DNA from: Chloroflexota bacterium
GTDB taxonomy: Bacteria > Chloroflexota > Anaerolineae > Anaerolineales > UBA4823
Direction: 5' to 3'
Assembly (NCBI GenBank): GCA_040752025.1
Contig: JBFMFR010000002.1
Location: 34,232-98,231, forward strand
DNA length: 64,000 nucleotides
The notes below the pieces were generated by a model that did not search any database, had not been told where the DNA came from, and was given only the letters and a program-made list of their open reading frames with translations. Shown here piece after piece: positions 1 to 9,818 of this stretch; within the stretch, counting starts at the first letter, position 1; each line of letters begins with the position of its first letter. The position numbers and the translations under genes are program-made.

Positions 1-516
1 GTGAATGTGGCTGATGTGGTCATGATGGGGCGCATCGGCAAGCTGGGCTTCTTTCAATGGCCGCGCCGCCGGGATTGGGAGCTTGTCCACCAGGCGCTGG
101 CCGATGTCGGGCTGGAAAGCCTGTCCAAACGGCAAATCGACGAGCTGTCTGGAGGCCAGCAACAGCGCATGTTCATCGCCCGCGCCCTGGCCCAGGAAGC
201 AGAATTGATGCTGATGGACGAACCCCTGACCGGTGTCGACGCCACTTCGCAAGAGGCCATCTTCACCATCCTGGACACCCTGCGCCAGCGCGGGGTGACA
301 GTCATGATTGCCACGCACGATCTGGAACAGGCCGCCGGGATGTTTGATCGCGTCATGCTGCTCAACCGCCGCATGCTGGGGTTCGGCGAGCCCGCCCAGG
401 TTTTCACGCCCGCGCTGCTCAGGGATGCATACAGCGGTCATTTGCGCCTGGTCGAGGCGGGCAACGAGGTCCTGGCGCTGACAGACACCTGCTGTGAAGA
501 TCGGGAGGATAGGTGA
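1..516 (+). CDS. Metal (Zn/Mn-type) ABC transporter ATP-binding subunit; 5' end cut by window edge
   Basis: ABC signature LSGGQQQR, Walker B LMLMDEP and H-loop ATHD. Followed by a cognate permease and a Fur/Zur-like repressor. Confidence 0.85.
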   Translation: MNVADVVMMGRIGKLGFFQWPRRRDWELVHQALADVGLESLSKRQIDELSGGQQQRMFIARALAQEAELMLMDEPLTGVDATSQEAIFTILDTLRQRGVTVMIATHDLEQAAGMFDRVMLLNRRMLGFGEPAQVFTPALLRDAYSGHLRLVEAGNEVLALTDTCCEDREDR

Positions 517-1388
517 TGGATTGGCTGAACCTGATCACCGCTCCCTTGAACCACAGCTTCATGGTGCGCAGCTTCCTGGCTGCTCTGATGGTAGGCGGCG
601 TATGCGCCACCGTGGGCACCTACGTGGTGCTGCGCGGCATGGCGTTTTTCGGCGATGCCCTGGCGCACGCCATTCTGCCGGGCTTGGCAATCGGCTACCT
701 GGTCAGCTCAGGAGCGCAAGAGCCGCTTTTCTGGTGGGCGCTGCTGACCGCCATCGCCAGCTCACTGGGTATCGGCGCTATCAGCAAGGGCACGCGCATC
801 CGCGAAGATACCGCCATTGGCATCGTCTTTGCCGGCATGTTCGCCCTGGGTATCGCCCTGATCTCGACTGCGCGCAGCGCCACCGTTACCGTTGATCTGA
901 CGCATTTCCTGTTCGGCGATGTGCTCGGCGTTTCGAGCACAGATTTATGGCGCATTGCCATCTTTGGCGGTGTGATTATCCTGGTGGTCGTCGCTTTTTA
1001 CAAAGAGTTCCTGGTTCTGACCTTCGATCCGGTCCTGGCCTACACCTTGCGCCTGCCTGCCAGGCTGCTGGAATACCTGCTGCTGGTGCTCATCGCCCTG
1101 ACCATTGTAGTATCCCTGCAAACGGTTGGCGTCGCCCTGATGGTGGCCATGCTGGTGACGCCCGCCGCGGCGGCATATCTGCTCACGCGCCGGCTGCCCG
1201 TCATGATGATCCTGGCCGCTGCCATCGCCTGTCTGTCGGGCGTGATCGGGCTATATATCTCCTATTATGCCAACATCGCATCCGGCGCAGCCATCGTGTT
1301 GACCAGCACCGCGCTCTTCGTGGTAGCCTGGACGGTCCGTAGTATTCAGAAGAAATTTAGCGGCAGCGCACAGAAGAGGATCGCATGA
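516..1388 (+). CDS. Metal ABC transporter permease (ZnuB/MntB-like, ABC-3 family)
   Basis: Polytopic hydrophobic protein in the expected operon position. ATG 516 is preceded by GGGAGG and overlaps the upstream stop; GTG 513 is also possible. Confidence 0.8.
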   Translation: MDWLNLITAPLNHSFMVRSFLAALMVGGVCATVGTYVVLRGMAFFGDALAHAILPGLAIGYLVSSGAQEPLFWWALLTAIASSLGIGAISKGTRIREDTAIGIVFAGMFALGIALISTARSATVTVDLTHFLFGDVLGVSSTDLWRIAIFGGVIILVVVAFYKEFLVLTFDPVLAYTLRLPARLLEYLLLVLIALTIVVSLQTVGVALMVAMLVTPAAAAYLLTRRLPVMMILAAAIACLSGVIGLYISYYANIASGAAIVLTSTALFVVAWTVRSIQKKFSGSAQKRIA

Positions 1389-1840
1389 ACGAGAAACCCT
1401 GTCCGCAACGAACCAGCCAATGGTTGGACTGCCTGCAATCCAACGGTTACCGCCTGACTGCCCCGCGCCAGGCGGTAGTAGACATCGTGGCTTCCAGCCA
1501 GCGCGTGCTCACTCCCCTGGAAGTTTATGAGTTAGCCCGCGCCCGCTACCCGAGGCTCGGTCTGGTGACCGTTTACCGCACCATGGAGAAGCTGGAGGAG
1601 TTAGGCTTGCTGCAGCGCGTCCACCAGCCTTCCGGCTGCCAGGGGTTTATCGCCGCATTCACCGGGCACCAACACCTGCTGATCTGCCAGGCCTGCGGGA
1701 TGGTCGAGTTTTTTGACGGGAGCCACGACAAAATCGATGCTATGATGGAAGATGTCGCTCAAAAGAGCGGTTACCATATCCAGGATCACTGGCTGCAGTT
1801 CTTCGGCTTATGCCGCGGCTGCAGAGGCTCTACAGATTAG
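1385..1840 (+). CDS. Fur-family metalloregulator (Zur-like)
   Basis: 151 aa with an N-terminal winged helix, HQHLLICQACG and C-terminal CRGC metal-site cysteines. ATGA overlap with the permease stop. Confidence 0.8.
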   Translation: MNEKPCPQRTSQWLDCLQSNGYRLTAPRQAVVDIVASSQRVLTPLEVYELARARYPRLGLVTVYRTMEKLEELGLLQRVHQPSGCQGFIAAFTGHQHLLICQACGMVEFFDGSHDKIDAMMEDVAQKSGYHIQDHWLQFFGLCRGCRGSTD

Positions 1841-1850
1841 CAGCCAGCCG

Positions 1851-3041
1851 TCAATGCAGTTGCTGGCTGGCCTGGTTGACCCGCTCTAAAATCTCGGCCG
1901 CTTCCTCAGGGCTGGCAATGTGTACACGCCCGTCCGCATCTGTGTGAGTGGGGATCATTTCATAGCCTAAATAGTGCGTGCCCTGGAACCTGACCAACAG
2001 GATCACCCCCTGGCGGTGGTCACGCAGACCCTGGTCGAAGACAAAATTACCCAGCCCGTAGAACACTTGAACGCCGTCGATCATCTGGAACGCCTGGACG
2101 ACGTGCGTATGGTTGCCTACTACCAGGTCCGCGCCTGCCCGGACAGAATAGATCGCCTGCTGCTGCTGCAGCCAGTTGGGCATCAGGATATCCTCTGAGC
2201 CCCAATGGGGCATGGCGATGACCACATCCGCCGCCTTTCGCGCCGCGGCAACTGCGGCGCGCATGTTTTCCTCGCTCAGAAATGCGATGCCGGGGTGATC
2301 TTCTTTGGCAAATACCACCTCATTCATCTTACTATCGCCCAGTGCGACGAAGCCAAAGCGGATGCCATTCACCGTCACCACTACCGGCTCCAGCGCCTCT
2401 GCCAGGTTATTCCCGCCCCCAACCGGCAGAATTCCCACCCTGCGGATGTTCTCCAGCGTATCCTGAAAAGTCTCCGTGCACCAGCTTTTCATCAGGCCGC
2501 AATCCTTGATGTGATTGGTAGCCACGCTCATCACATCGAAACCCGCGCGCTGCATCGCATCGGCGTTATCCGGGCTGCCTACTAACTGGTATGTCCAGTA
2601 GCAGCCAGTGCGCTCGGCCTTGTCGCTCATCGTGGCGTTGAACACCCCCACGGCGATATCCGCCTTCTGAATGATCTCTTTCACTTCCTCGTAAGGATAA
2701 TCCGGGTTTCCGATAGCATCCAGCTTGGCCTGCACGCAGCGCGCCGGCACGATCACACCCGTGAACAACAGCGTGGTGATGGGCAGCGGGCTGGGTGTGA
2801 ACGAAGGGGTTGGGCTGGGCGGGATCGGCGAGGCTGTTGCCGTTGGGGTTATCGTCGGCGGGAGCAGGGTAGCTGTCGGCGGCAGCGTAGGAGAAGGCGC
2901 TAAGATCGGCGGGCTCGCCGGCACAACCCGCTGCGTGGGGGTCGAGGATGGCAGCGGCGCAGCCAGGCCTGGCTGGCAGGCCGCGCTGAACAGCATAATG
3001 AACACAAACAAGCGGCGGAGATGAAACATCGTGATATTCAT
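1851..3041 (-). CDS. CapA/PGA_cap family metallophosphatase-like protein, secreted or lipid-anchored
   Basis: Motifs MSVATNH, MPHWGSE and VVGNHTH. N-terminal hydrophobic signal ending LFSAAC, followed by a PT-rich linker. Confidence 0.75.
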   Translation of the reverse strand: MNITMFHLRRLFVFIMLFSAACQPGLAAPLPSSTPTQRVVPASPPILAPSPTLPPTATLLPPTITPTATASPIPPSPTPSFTPSPLPITTLLFTGVIVPARCVQAKLDAIGNPDYPYEEVKEIIQKADIAVGVFNATMSDKAERTGCYWTYQLVGSPDNADAMQRAGFDVMSVATNHIKDCGLMKSWCTETFQDTLENIRRVGILPVGGGNNLAEALEPVVVTVNGIRFGFVALGDSKMNEVVFAKEDHPGIAFLSEENMRAAVAAARKAADVVIAMPHWGSEDILMPNWLQQQQAIYSVRAGADLVVGNHTHVVQAFQMIDGVQVFYGLGNFVFDQGLRDHRQGVILLVRFQGTHYLGYEMIPTHTDADGRVHIASPEEAAEILERVNQASQQLH

Positions 3042-3067
3042 ATGCGGTTAGGGAAAGCCTTCTGGGT

Positions 3068-5512
3068 TTAAACTTCGTCAACCGGCGGCGCAGCCGGTCC
3101 ATAGTCCAGAATTTCGCGCGTGCCGGTGGATGGATCTGGCGGGCCGACGATGCCCTTCTCCTCCATGGTCTCCACCAGGCGGGCCGCCCGCGTATAACCG
3201 ATGCGCAAGCGGCGCTGCAGCATCGATATCGAGGCCCTGCCCTGGCGGCGAGAAAGATCAATGGCTTCCTTCAGCAAAGGATCGGCATTCTCATCAACCT
3301 GGTTTTCTTCCCATAACAAGATCTGCTTGAGCGGGACGCCCGCCGGCAAAGTCGCTATCGTGCCCGCCCCGGCAACCGGCGCCGCTGTGGGAGTGCCAGC
3401 AAACTGCTGCCAATAGCTCACCAGGCGCAAGATCTCGCCTTCCGAGACGAACACCCCTTGCAAGCGCGCCGGCGCTGGGGCGTCGGGCGCCTGGAAAAGC
3501 ATATCGCCCCGCCCCAACAGGCGCTCTGCCCCGGGCTGGTCGAGGATCACCCGGCTGTCCACGCCAGACGCAACGGCAAAGGCGATGCGCGCCGGGAAGT
3601 TGGCTTTGATCAGCCCCGTAACCACATCCACTGAAGGGCGTTGGGTGGCAATCACCAGGTGGATGCCGGTCGCCCGCGCCAGTTGCGCCAGACGCGTAAT
3701 CGTGCGCTCGGTCTCATCCGGCGCCAGCATCATCAAATCGGCCAGTTCATCGATGATCAACACCAGGTAGGGCTCTTTCTTACCCCCGCGCGCCTCCTGG
3801 CGTGCATTATACTCCGGCAAGTTGCGACAGCCGGCCTCTGCCAGCTTCTGGTAGCGGCGGTCCATCTCGGCAGTCACCCACTGCAAAGCGCGCACGACGC
3901 GCTCTAACTCCACCACCACCGGAGTGAGCAGGTGGGGGACGCCGTTATAGCCGGTCAGCTCGACTCGCTTGGGATCGACCATGATCAGGCGCAGGTCATC
4001 CGGGGTATTGTGCATCAGCAGGCAGCAGATCAAGGCGTTGACGCACACCGACTTGCCCGAACCGGTTGCCCCGGCGATCAGCAGGTGAGGCATGCCAGAC
4101 AGGTCGGCAGCCACCGCGTTGCCGGCCACGTTCTGGCCCAGGGCGAAGCGTAGAGGCGACTTAATGCGTGTAAACGCTTCGTTCTCGATCACATCGCGCA
4201 GCGCCACCAGGGAGATTTCCTCGTTGGGCACCTCGATGCCCACGTATCCCTTCCCAGGCACAGGCGCCTGGATGCGGATCGTGCGCGCCGAAAGCGCCAG
4301 GGCCAGGTCGTCTGCCAGGGCCGTGATTTTTCCAACGCGCACGCGCATCCGCCCACCGCGCGACTCGACGAAATCCGGCTCGACCCCGAACTGCGTGATC
4401 GTTGGGCCCCGGTTGATTTCGACCACGCGCGCCGGCGCCCCAAAGGAAGACAGCGTTTCCTCGATCACCCGGGAGCGCTGTAAATCAACCTCGTCATCAT
4501 AATTCGTTTCACCGCCCTCGTCCAGGATATTCTCGATCGCAGGCAGAACCCAACTGCGCGGTTCCCCCATCGGGCCCGGTTCCGGAATGAAAGACGACGT
4601 CACAGGCGACATCAGGGGCGGCGGATTATCTGCACCAGAGGCGGGACCTGGTGGGGTATAGAGCGGGTAAGATGGCGTCGGCTGGCGCGCTGCGCTGCGC
4701 CGCTCGTGCAAAGTATCCAGGAACTCGAGCACCCCATCTTGCAGACGGAGCAAGACAGGCCCAATTCGCCGCGCCATCTCCACAATGGTGACATCTAGAG
4801 TGAGCACCAGGGACACAACCAACCAGGCCAGCAAAGCGATCGCCGCGCCGCCTTTCCCCAGGGCCGCATTCAAAAGCTGAAAAACCGCCGCGCCCAGGTA
4901 ACCTCCCCCCAGGCCGGCCTTGGCCAGGTCGAAGGGCGGCTGGTCCGAGCCTAAAGCAGCAAAGAAATGCAAGATTGCCAGCAGGTTGATGAAAAGTAAC
5001 CCAATGCCGATCAGGCGTTCGATCGCCAATTGGGGGATGCGCTCGAAATTTCGCAGGACCAGCCACAGGCCACATAGAATCAGGCCCACGGGGAACAGAT
5101 ACGCCCCGAACCCGAAAAGCTGGCGCAAGAAAGCCGTGCTGCTGACTGGTGAGAGTAAACTGAACATTGTTAGCAGACCCACCACGGTAAAGACCACGCC
5201 AATGATATCCAACTTGCGATCCAGAGAGAGGCCTTCACGGATCGGGCGCTTTGTTTTCGCCGGGCGTGGTAAGGCCGGCAGGCGCGGCATGCGCAGCCTA
5301 GGCGCCGCGCTGGGTTTACGCGCCGCGTTAGGTTTGCGCCCCGGCTGGCGGCGCGCCGGCTCGCTGGTCGTTTTCCGCTCCCTGGATGGCTGCGAACGGG
5401 TCGCGCTCGTTCTGGCAGGCGCTGCTTTCGACCGGGTAGACGGTTTGGCGCCAGACCGGGTGGTGCGCGAGCTCTTGGAGGCTTTAGAGGTCTTAGAGGT
5501 TTTCCGTGCCAT
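3068..5512 (-). CDS. ftsK: DNA translocase FtsK/SpoIIIE
   Basis: Walker A GATGSGKS, Walker B LIIDELADLM and a C-terminal gamma winged helix (ISMLQRRLRIGYTRAARL); TM segments after a basic tail. I moved the start to ATG 5512 (MARKTSK), because the longer tracked ORF runs into rnz. Confidence 0.9.
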   Translation of the reverse strand: MARKTSKTSKASKSSRTTRSGAKPSTRSKAAPARTSATRSQPSRERKTTSEPARRQPGRKPNAARKPSAAPRLRMPRLPALPRPAKTKRPIREGLSLDRKLDIIGVVFTVVGLLTMFSLLSPVSSTAFLRQLFGFGAYLFPVGLILCGLWLVLRNFERIPQLAIERLIGIGLLFINLLAILHFFAALGSDQPPFDLAKAGLGGGYLGAAVFQLLNAALGKGGAAIALLAWLVVSLVLTLDVTIVEMARRIGPVLLRLQDGVLEFLDTLHERRSAARQPTPSYPLYTPPGPASGADNPPPLMSPVTSSFIPEPGPMGEPRSWVLPAIENILDEGGETNYDDEVDLQRSRVIEETLSSFGAPARVVEINRGPTITQFGVEPDFVESRGGRMRVRVGKITALADDLALALSARTIRIQAPVPGKGYVGIEVPNEEISLVALRDVIENEAFTRIKSPLRFALGQNVAGNAVAADLSGMPHLLIAGATGSGKSVCVNALICCLLMHNTPDDLRLIMVDPKRVELTGYNGVPHLLTPVVVELERVVRALQWVTAEMDRRYQKLAEAGCRNLPEYNARQEARGGKKEPYLVLIIDELADLMMLAPDETERTITRLAQLARATGIHLVIATQRPSVDVVTGLIKANFPARIAFAVASGVDSRVILDQPGAERLLGRGDMLFQAPDAPAPARLQGVFVSEGEILRLVSYWQQFAGTPTAAPVAGAGTIATLPAGVPLKQILLWEENQVDENADPLLKEAIDLSRRQGRASISMLQRRLRIGYTRAARLVETMEEKGIVGPPDPSTGTREILDYGPAAPPVDEV

Positions 5513-5632
5513 CACCGCTGGATTATAGCACATATGGTCTGACCTTAGCGGATTAGCAGATTGGGCCCGGTGGGCAGGCAAGATGAGGTACAATAACCCT
5601 CCATACGACTCCAGGCGCGAAAGGGTACAGCT

Positions 5633-6577
5633 TTGTTCGAGATCGTCTTCCTTGGCACCTCCGCTGCGGCCCCATCCGCACACCGCGGTCTGTCATCCCA
5701 GATCGTCTTACACGATGAATACCGCTTCCTGATCGACTGTGGAGAAGGCACGCAGCGCCAAATCATGCAGTCCGGGTTGGGCTTCAAACGCCTCAACCGC
5801 ATCCTGATCACACACGGGCACCTCGACCACATCCTCGGATTGGGCGGGCTGCTCTCGACCTTTACGCGCTGGGAGACCATCGATAGCATAGAAATCTTTG
5901 GCGGGCGTTGGGCGTTGGAACGCATCCACGACCTGCTGTTTGGCGTGGTGCTGCGGGGCGCCACCCCCCCCATGGAAATTCAGTTCCACGCTATCCAGGA
6001 AGGGGTCATCTTTGAAGAGCAGGATTTCAAAATTTCCGCCTTTCAGGTCTATCACCGCGGGCCAGACTGCTTCGGCTTCCTGTTCGAAGAAAAATCCAGG
6101 CGTCCCTTCCTGCCGGAAAAGGCCGAGGCCCTGGATATCCCGCCGGGCCCGTGGCGGCGCGACCTGGTCAATGGGCAGACCGTCACCTTGCCCGACGGGC
6201 GACAGATTTTGCCGGACCAGGTGCTGGGCGAGCAGCGCCAGGGAACCCGCCTGGTGCACGTCGGCGACGCGGGCAGGACAGAGCCACTGGTATCCATCTG
6301 CCAGGACGCCGACGCCCTGGTGATCGAATCCACCTACCTGGAGGAGGAAGCCGAGATGGCGCACCAGTTTGCCCACCTGACCGCCCGCCAGGCTGCCGAG
6401 TTGGCCGTGCAGGCCGGGGTCAAGCATCTGATCCTGACCCACCTCTCACGCCGTTACCGCGAGCGCGACGTGATCGCTGAGGCGCGCGCCGTCTTCCCGG
6501 GGGCAATTGTGGCCCGCGACTTCGACAATTACCAGATCAAGCGAGACGAGCTGATCAAGATCACCCCAGAGGAATAA
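5633..6577 (+). CDS. rnz: Ribonuclease Z
   Basis: N-terminal FLGTSAAAPS and MBL motif HGHLDH; the 314-aa size is typical. TTG start. Confidence 0.85.
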   Translation: MFEIVFLGTSAAAPSAHRGLSSQIVLHDEYRFLIDCGEGTQRQIMQSGLGFKRLNRILITHGHLDHILGLGGLLSTFTRWETIDSIEIFGGRWALERIHDLLFGVVLRGATPPMEIQFHAIQEGVIFEEQDFKISAFQVYHRGPDCFGFLFEEKSRRPFLPEKAEALDIPPGPWRRDLVNGQTVTLPDGRQILPDQVLGEQRQGTRLVHVGDAGRTEPLVSICQDADALVIESTYLEEEAEMAHQFAHLTARQAAELAVQAGVKHLILTHLSRRYRERDVIAEARAVFPGAIVARDFDNYQIKRDELIKITPEE

Positions 6578-6584
6578 CAAAAAG

Positions 6585-6614
6585 TCTCCCGGAGAAGCGA
6601 TGTTCTCCGGGAGA
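6585..6614 (-). terminator. Intrinsic terminator hairpin between convergent genes
   Basis: Perfect 12-bp stem TCTCCCGGAGAA/TTCTCCGGGAGA with a 6-nt loop. On the minus strand it is followed by CTTTTTGTT. Confidence 0.6.
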
Positions 6615-6654
6615 TGAACGCACCAGGTTTTACAGGCTGCTGCAAGCTGGTCTG

Positions 6655-7293
6655 CTAACCAAAACGCTCCTCTTTCCAGACGTCGGCTTCGTTGTGATAG
6701 CCGGCCTGTTCCCAAAAGCCCATGCGATCCTGCGCCATGAACTCCAGACCGCGCAGCCATTTGGCGCCTTTCCATAAGTAAGGCGTTTTCAGGTCATCAC
6801 GCCCACCAAGATAACCTACCACGCCGCGCAGCGGGTAACCGTGATCGGGCGTAAGTGGCTCGCCGTTGAAATGCGTCGCCAGCAGGAAATTCTCTGCCAA
6901 AACAACTTCCAGCGGCAGGTTCACCGTAAAGCCATATTCGGCGTGCTGCAGCACGTAACGCGCCGTTGGCTTGGGTTTGATCAACCCTTGCTCCACCAGC
7001 GCCCGCACAGACACCCCCTCCCAGGTCGTGTCGAATTTGCTCCAATGCGTCACACAATGGATATCCATCGTGATGCGGCTGCGCGGCAGTTGCTGGAATT
7101 CTTCCCACGTCCAGCGCACTTCCTCTTCGACCTCGCCCCAGGCGCGCAGATCCCAGGCGGCCGGGTTGAAGCGCGGCACCGGGCCGTAGTGTAAAACGGG
7201 GAATTTTTGCGTCAGCGACTGCCCGGGCGGCAGCCGCCCTTCCTGCTCAAAACGGCGCTCGTCTTCCTTGCGCCGGAAGAAACTCTCGAACAT
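6655..7293 (-). CDS. Sulfite-oxidase-like molybdopterin oxidoreductase (single Oxidored_molyb domain)
   Basis: Family-typical size of about 210 aa with HCVTHWS and GYPLR motifs. ATG 7293 has GGAGGTG upstream; the tracked TTG at 7311 is less likely. Confidence 0.7.
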   Translation of the reverse strand: MFESFFRRKEDERRFEQEGRLPPGQSLTQKFPVLHYGPVPRFNPAAWDLRAWGEVEEEVRWTWEEFQQLPRSRITMDIHCVTHWSKFDTTWEGVSVRALVEQGLIKPKPTARYVLQHAEYGFTVNLPLEVVLAENFLLATHFNGEPLTPDHGYPLRGVVGYLGGRDDLKTPYLWKGAKWLRGLEFMAQDRMGFWEQAGYHNEADVWKEERFG

Positions 7294-7362
7294 AGTCACC
7301 TCCGAATGCAAAGAAGATTATATCAGACTGATCTCACCCGAAATAGAATAATTGATGAGATT

Positions 7363-8046
7363 TTACAGCGTGAAGCTCTCGCCTGGCTTGAGCACGTGCA
7401 CCTCGGCGCCGGTTTCGGCGCGCACGCGTTCGGCCCACGCCTGCGGGTCCTGGTCGATCAGATCCCAGGTGCCGAAATGGATGGGAATAACATGGCGTGG
7501 CTGGAGCATCTTGACCGCCCGCAAAGCATCCTGCGGGCCCATGGTGAAATTATCGCCAATCGGAATCACCGCCAGGTCGAGGCCTTCCTCACCGATCAAA
7601 CGCATATCGCCGAACAGGCCCGTATCGCCTGCCATGTAGATCTTCTCGCCCTGGTTGGTGGTCAGCAGCAAGCCAGCCGGGTTGCCGCCATAAGTGCCGT
7701 CCGGGAGCGCCGAGCCGTGCAGCGCCAGGGTCAGCTTGAGGTAGCCAAAGGGGTGCTGGTAGCCGCCCCCCAGGTGCTGCCCGTGTGCGTTGATGCCCTG
7801 GTTGCGCAGCCAGACGGCGATCTCGTTGTTACTGATCGCTAAAGCGCCGGTGCGTTTGGCGATGCTGACGGTATCCCCAACGTGGTCGCCATGACCATGC
7901 GTCACCAGGATGAAATCAGCCTGGGCCTTATCCGCGGACATGCTGGCAGCCGGGTTCCCAGAGAAGAAGGGGTCCACCAGGATCTGATAACCGCCGGTTT
8001 CCAGCCCCAAAGTTGCGTGTCCATACCAGGTAAGCTTGAAAGTCAT
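7363..8046 (-). CDS. UPF0173-type metal-dependent hydrolase (MBL fold)
   Basis: N-terminus MTFKLTWYGHATL, HGHGDH motif, 227 aa. GGAGG lies upstream of the ATG. Confidence 0.75.
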   Translation of the reverse strand: MTFKLTWYGHATLGLETGGYQILVDPFFSGNPAASMSADKAQADFILVTHGHGDHVGDTVSIAKRTGALAISNNEIAVWLRNQGINAHGQHLGGGYQHPFGYLKLTLALHGSALPDGTYGGNPAGLLLTTNQGEKIYMAGDTGLFGDMRLIGEEGLDLAVIPIGDNFTMGPQDALRAVKMLQPRHVIPIHFGTWDLIDQDPQAWAERVRAETGAEVHVLKPGESFTL

Positions 8047-8164
8047 TTGATCCTCCTATCACTGAAACGTTCACGGTTCGATAATCCAATTTGAGAATTG
8101 CTCGTAAACAGGCGCATCCAGGAACGAACGGCTCAACCCGCCAGATACCATCACTTTCACCTGC

Positions 8165-9616
8165 CTAGAATGGCCCATAGCCGATAGCAACGGCAATGCC
8201 CAGGAAAACCATAGTAATCAAAACGATCCAGGCCCACAGGCCCAACGTCCAGCGCATCCACTTGGGATAGCTGACCACCGTCAAACCCAGGCAGATGAGC
8301 AGGACCGGGTTGGTGGGATAGGCCAGGTTGGAGAAGCCATCCCCAAAGCAGTACGCCGTAACGGCCGCCTGGCGGGTTACGCCAACCAGGTCGGCCAAGG
8401 GGAGCAAGATGGGCATGAGCAAGAAAGCCTTGGCCGAACCGGATGCCACAAAGAATTCGATCAATAAAGCCAGCCCATAAACGATGAGAACAGCCAGGAA
8501 CGGGCTGGACTCGGGGAATACCTGGACGGCGCGGTACAGCACCGTGTCCAGGATGCCGCCCTGGGCGACGATGTGCTTGATGCTGGCTGCCATCAGGATC
8601 AGGGGAACAGCCGGCGCAATCCCGGCCAGTCCCTCGCCCACCGCGGTGAACACCTGGCGTCGCGCCGCGCCGCTCAGCAGGCCAGCGCCGATCCCGGCGA
8701 TGAAAAACAGCAGCCCCACCACTGGCAGTGAGAACGAGGCGATCGCCGGCACGAACGGGCCCGCCACCAGCGTCACCAGGATCAAGACGATGAAGACCAC
8801 CAGCCAGGCCAGGGCCCGCCTCAGGTGCGGGATTTCCACCGAATGCTCGCTGAAGTCCAGGTGCGCGTAGCGGGCGCGGCCGGCCTGGTCCTCGGCGTAC
8901 ACCGGCGAGGCCTGGGGCTCTCGTTCGATCTTGCGCGCGTAGCGCACCAGGAAGATGGCGAAGGCGATGTAAATCGCCAGGAAGATCGGGATGCGCAACC
9001 AGAAGCCGGAGAAAAGCGGCAGGCCGGCGATCTTCTGGGCCACCCCGATGGTGAATGGGTTGGTGATCGCTGCCGAGAAGCCCAGGTTGGTAGCCAGGAT
9101 ACTCATCCCCAGGCCTACGAGCGCATCCCAACCCAGGGTGTAGGACAGCGCCACCATCAGCGGCACCAGCGGCACGATTTCTTCGAAAATGCCGAAGAAA
9201 GCCCCGATCGCCATAAAGACAAAGGAGATAACCAGCAGAAGCTGGTACTTGCGCCCGCCGTAAGCCTGCACCAGGCGGCCGATGCTGGCGCGCAGCATGC
9301 CGCTTTTATCCAGCACGGCGAAGGCGCTGCCGATCATCAACAGGAAGATGATAATCACGATCACGGTCAGCCCATCCGGCCCCCACAGAACCTCCAGCGG
9401 GGCGGTGAACCAGCGCCAGACCGGGTAATCCGGAGCGGCTGTGTATTGGAATGAAGCCGGGTCGATCAACTCGCGCCCACCCTGGTCGATGCGCACGTAG
9501 CTCCCCGCCGGCACCACGCGGGTGAGCGCGCCGGCGATCATCATCAGCACGAACAGGATCAGCAAAGATTGGACGAAAGCACGCGTACTGATTTGGGCGC
9601 CAGCTTTAGGTTCCAT
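8165..9616 (-). CDS. YfcC/DcuC-like anion or amino-acid transporter family membrane protein
   Basis: Polytopic membrane protein of about 480 aa with a YfcC-like N-terminus. ATG 9616 is preceded by AGGAGG; the tracked TTG at 9637 is less likely. Confidence 0.65.
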   Translation of the reverse strand: MEPKAGAQISTRAFVQSLLILFVLMMIAGALTRVVPAGSYVRIDQGGRELIDPASFQYTAAPDYPVWRWFTAPLEVLWGPDGLTVIVIIIFLLMIGSAFAVLDKSGMLRASIGRLVQAYGGRKYQLLLVISFVFMAIGAFFGIFEEIVPLVPLMVALSYTLGWDALVGLGMSILATNLGFSAAITNPFTIGVAQKIAGLPLFSGFWLRIPIFLAIYIAFAIFLVRYARKIEREPQASPVYAEDQAGRARYAHLDFSEHSVEIPHLRRALAWLVVFIVLILVTLVAGPFVPAIASFSLPVVGLLFFIAGIGAGLLSGAARRQVFTAVGEGLAGIAPAVPLILMAASIKHIVAQGGILDTVLYRAVQVFPESSPFLAVLIVYGLALLIEFFVASGSAKAFLLMPILLPLADLVGVTRQAAVTAYCFGDGFSNLAYPTNPVLLICLGLTVVSYPKWMRWTLGLWAWIVLITMVFLGIAVAIGYGPF

Positions 9617-9818
9617 CAGGGTCAGCCTCCTGGTCAAGCGGTTTGGGGATCGAGTGCTTGGATGACTGAATTAATTATACATGATCCGCTTGTCAAACAG
9701 GGGAAGATCAGGATGATTCATCGCGCCGCGACGCCACACTCTTCATGCGCGCCGACCAGGTCGAAAGCGCCGGAGCCTCCATCGCCCAGGATGGGCGCAG
9801 TTGCCCTCAGCCCGCCTG

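Noticed and set aside
5545-5683. Long 5' extension of the ftsK ORF to 5683
   Set aside because: The extension overlaps the rnz start and the divergent promoter region. The residues it encodes have no FtsK-like character. An ATG at 5512 begins the basic tail.
8157-9131. 324-aa alternative-frame ORF overlapping the YfcC-like transporter gene
   Set aside because: It is on the same strand in a different frame and is P/G/R-rich, whereas the transporter frame gives consistent TM helices.
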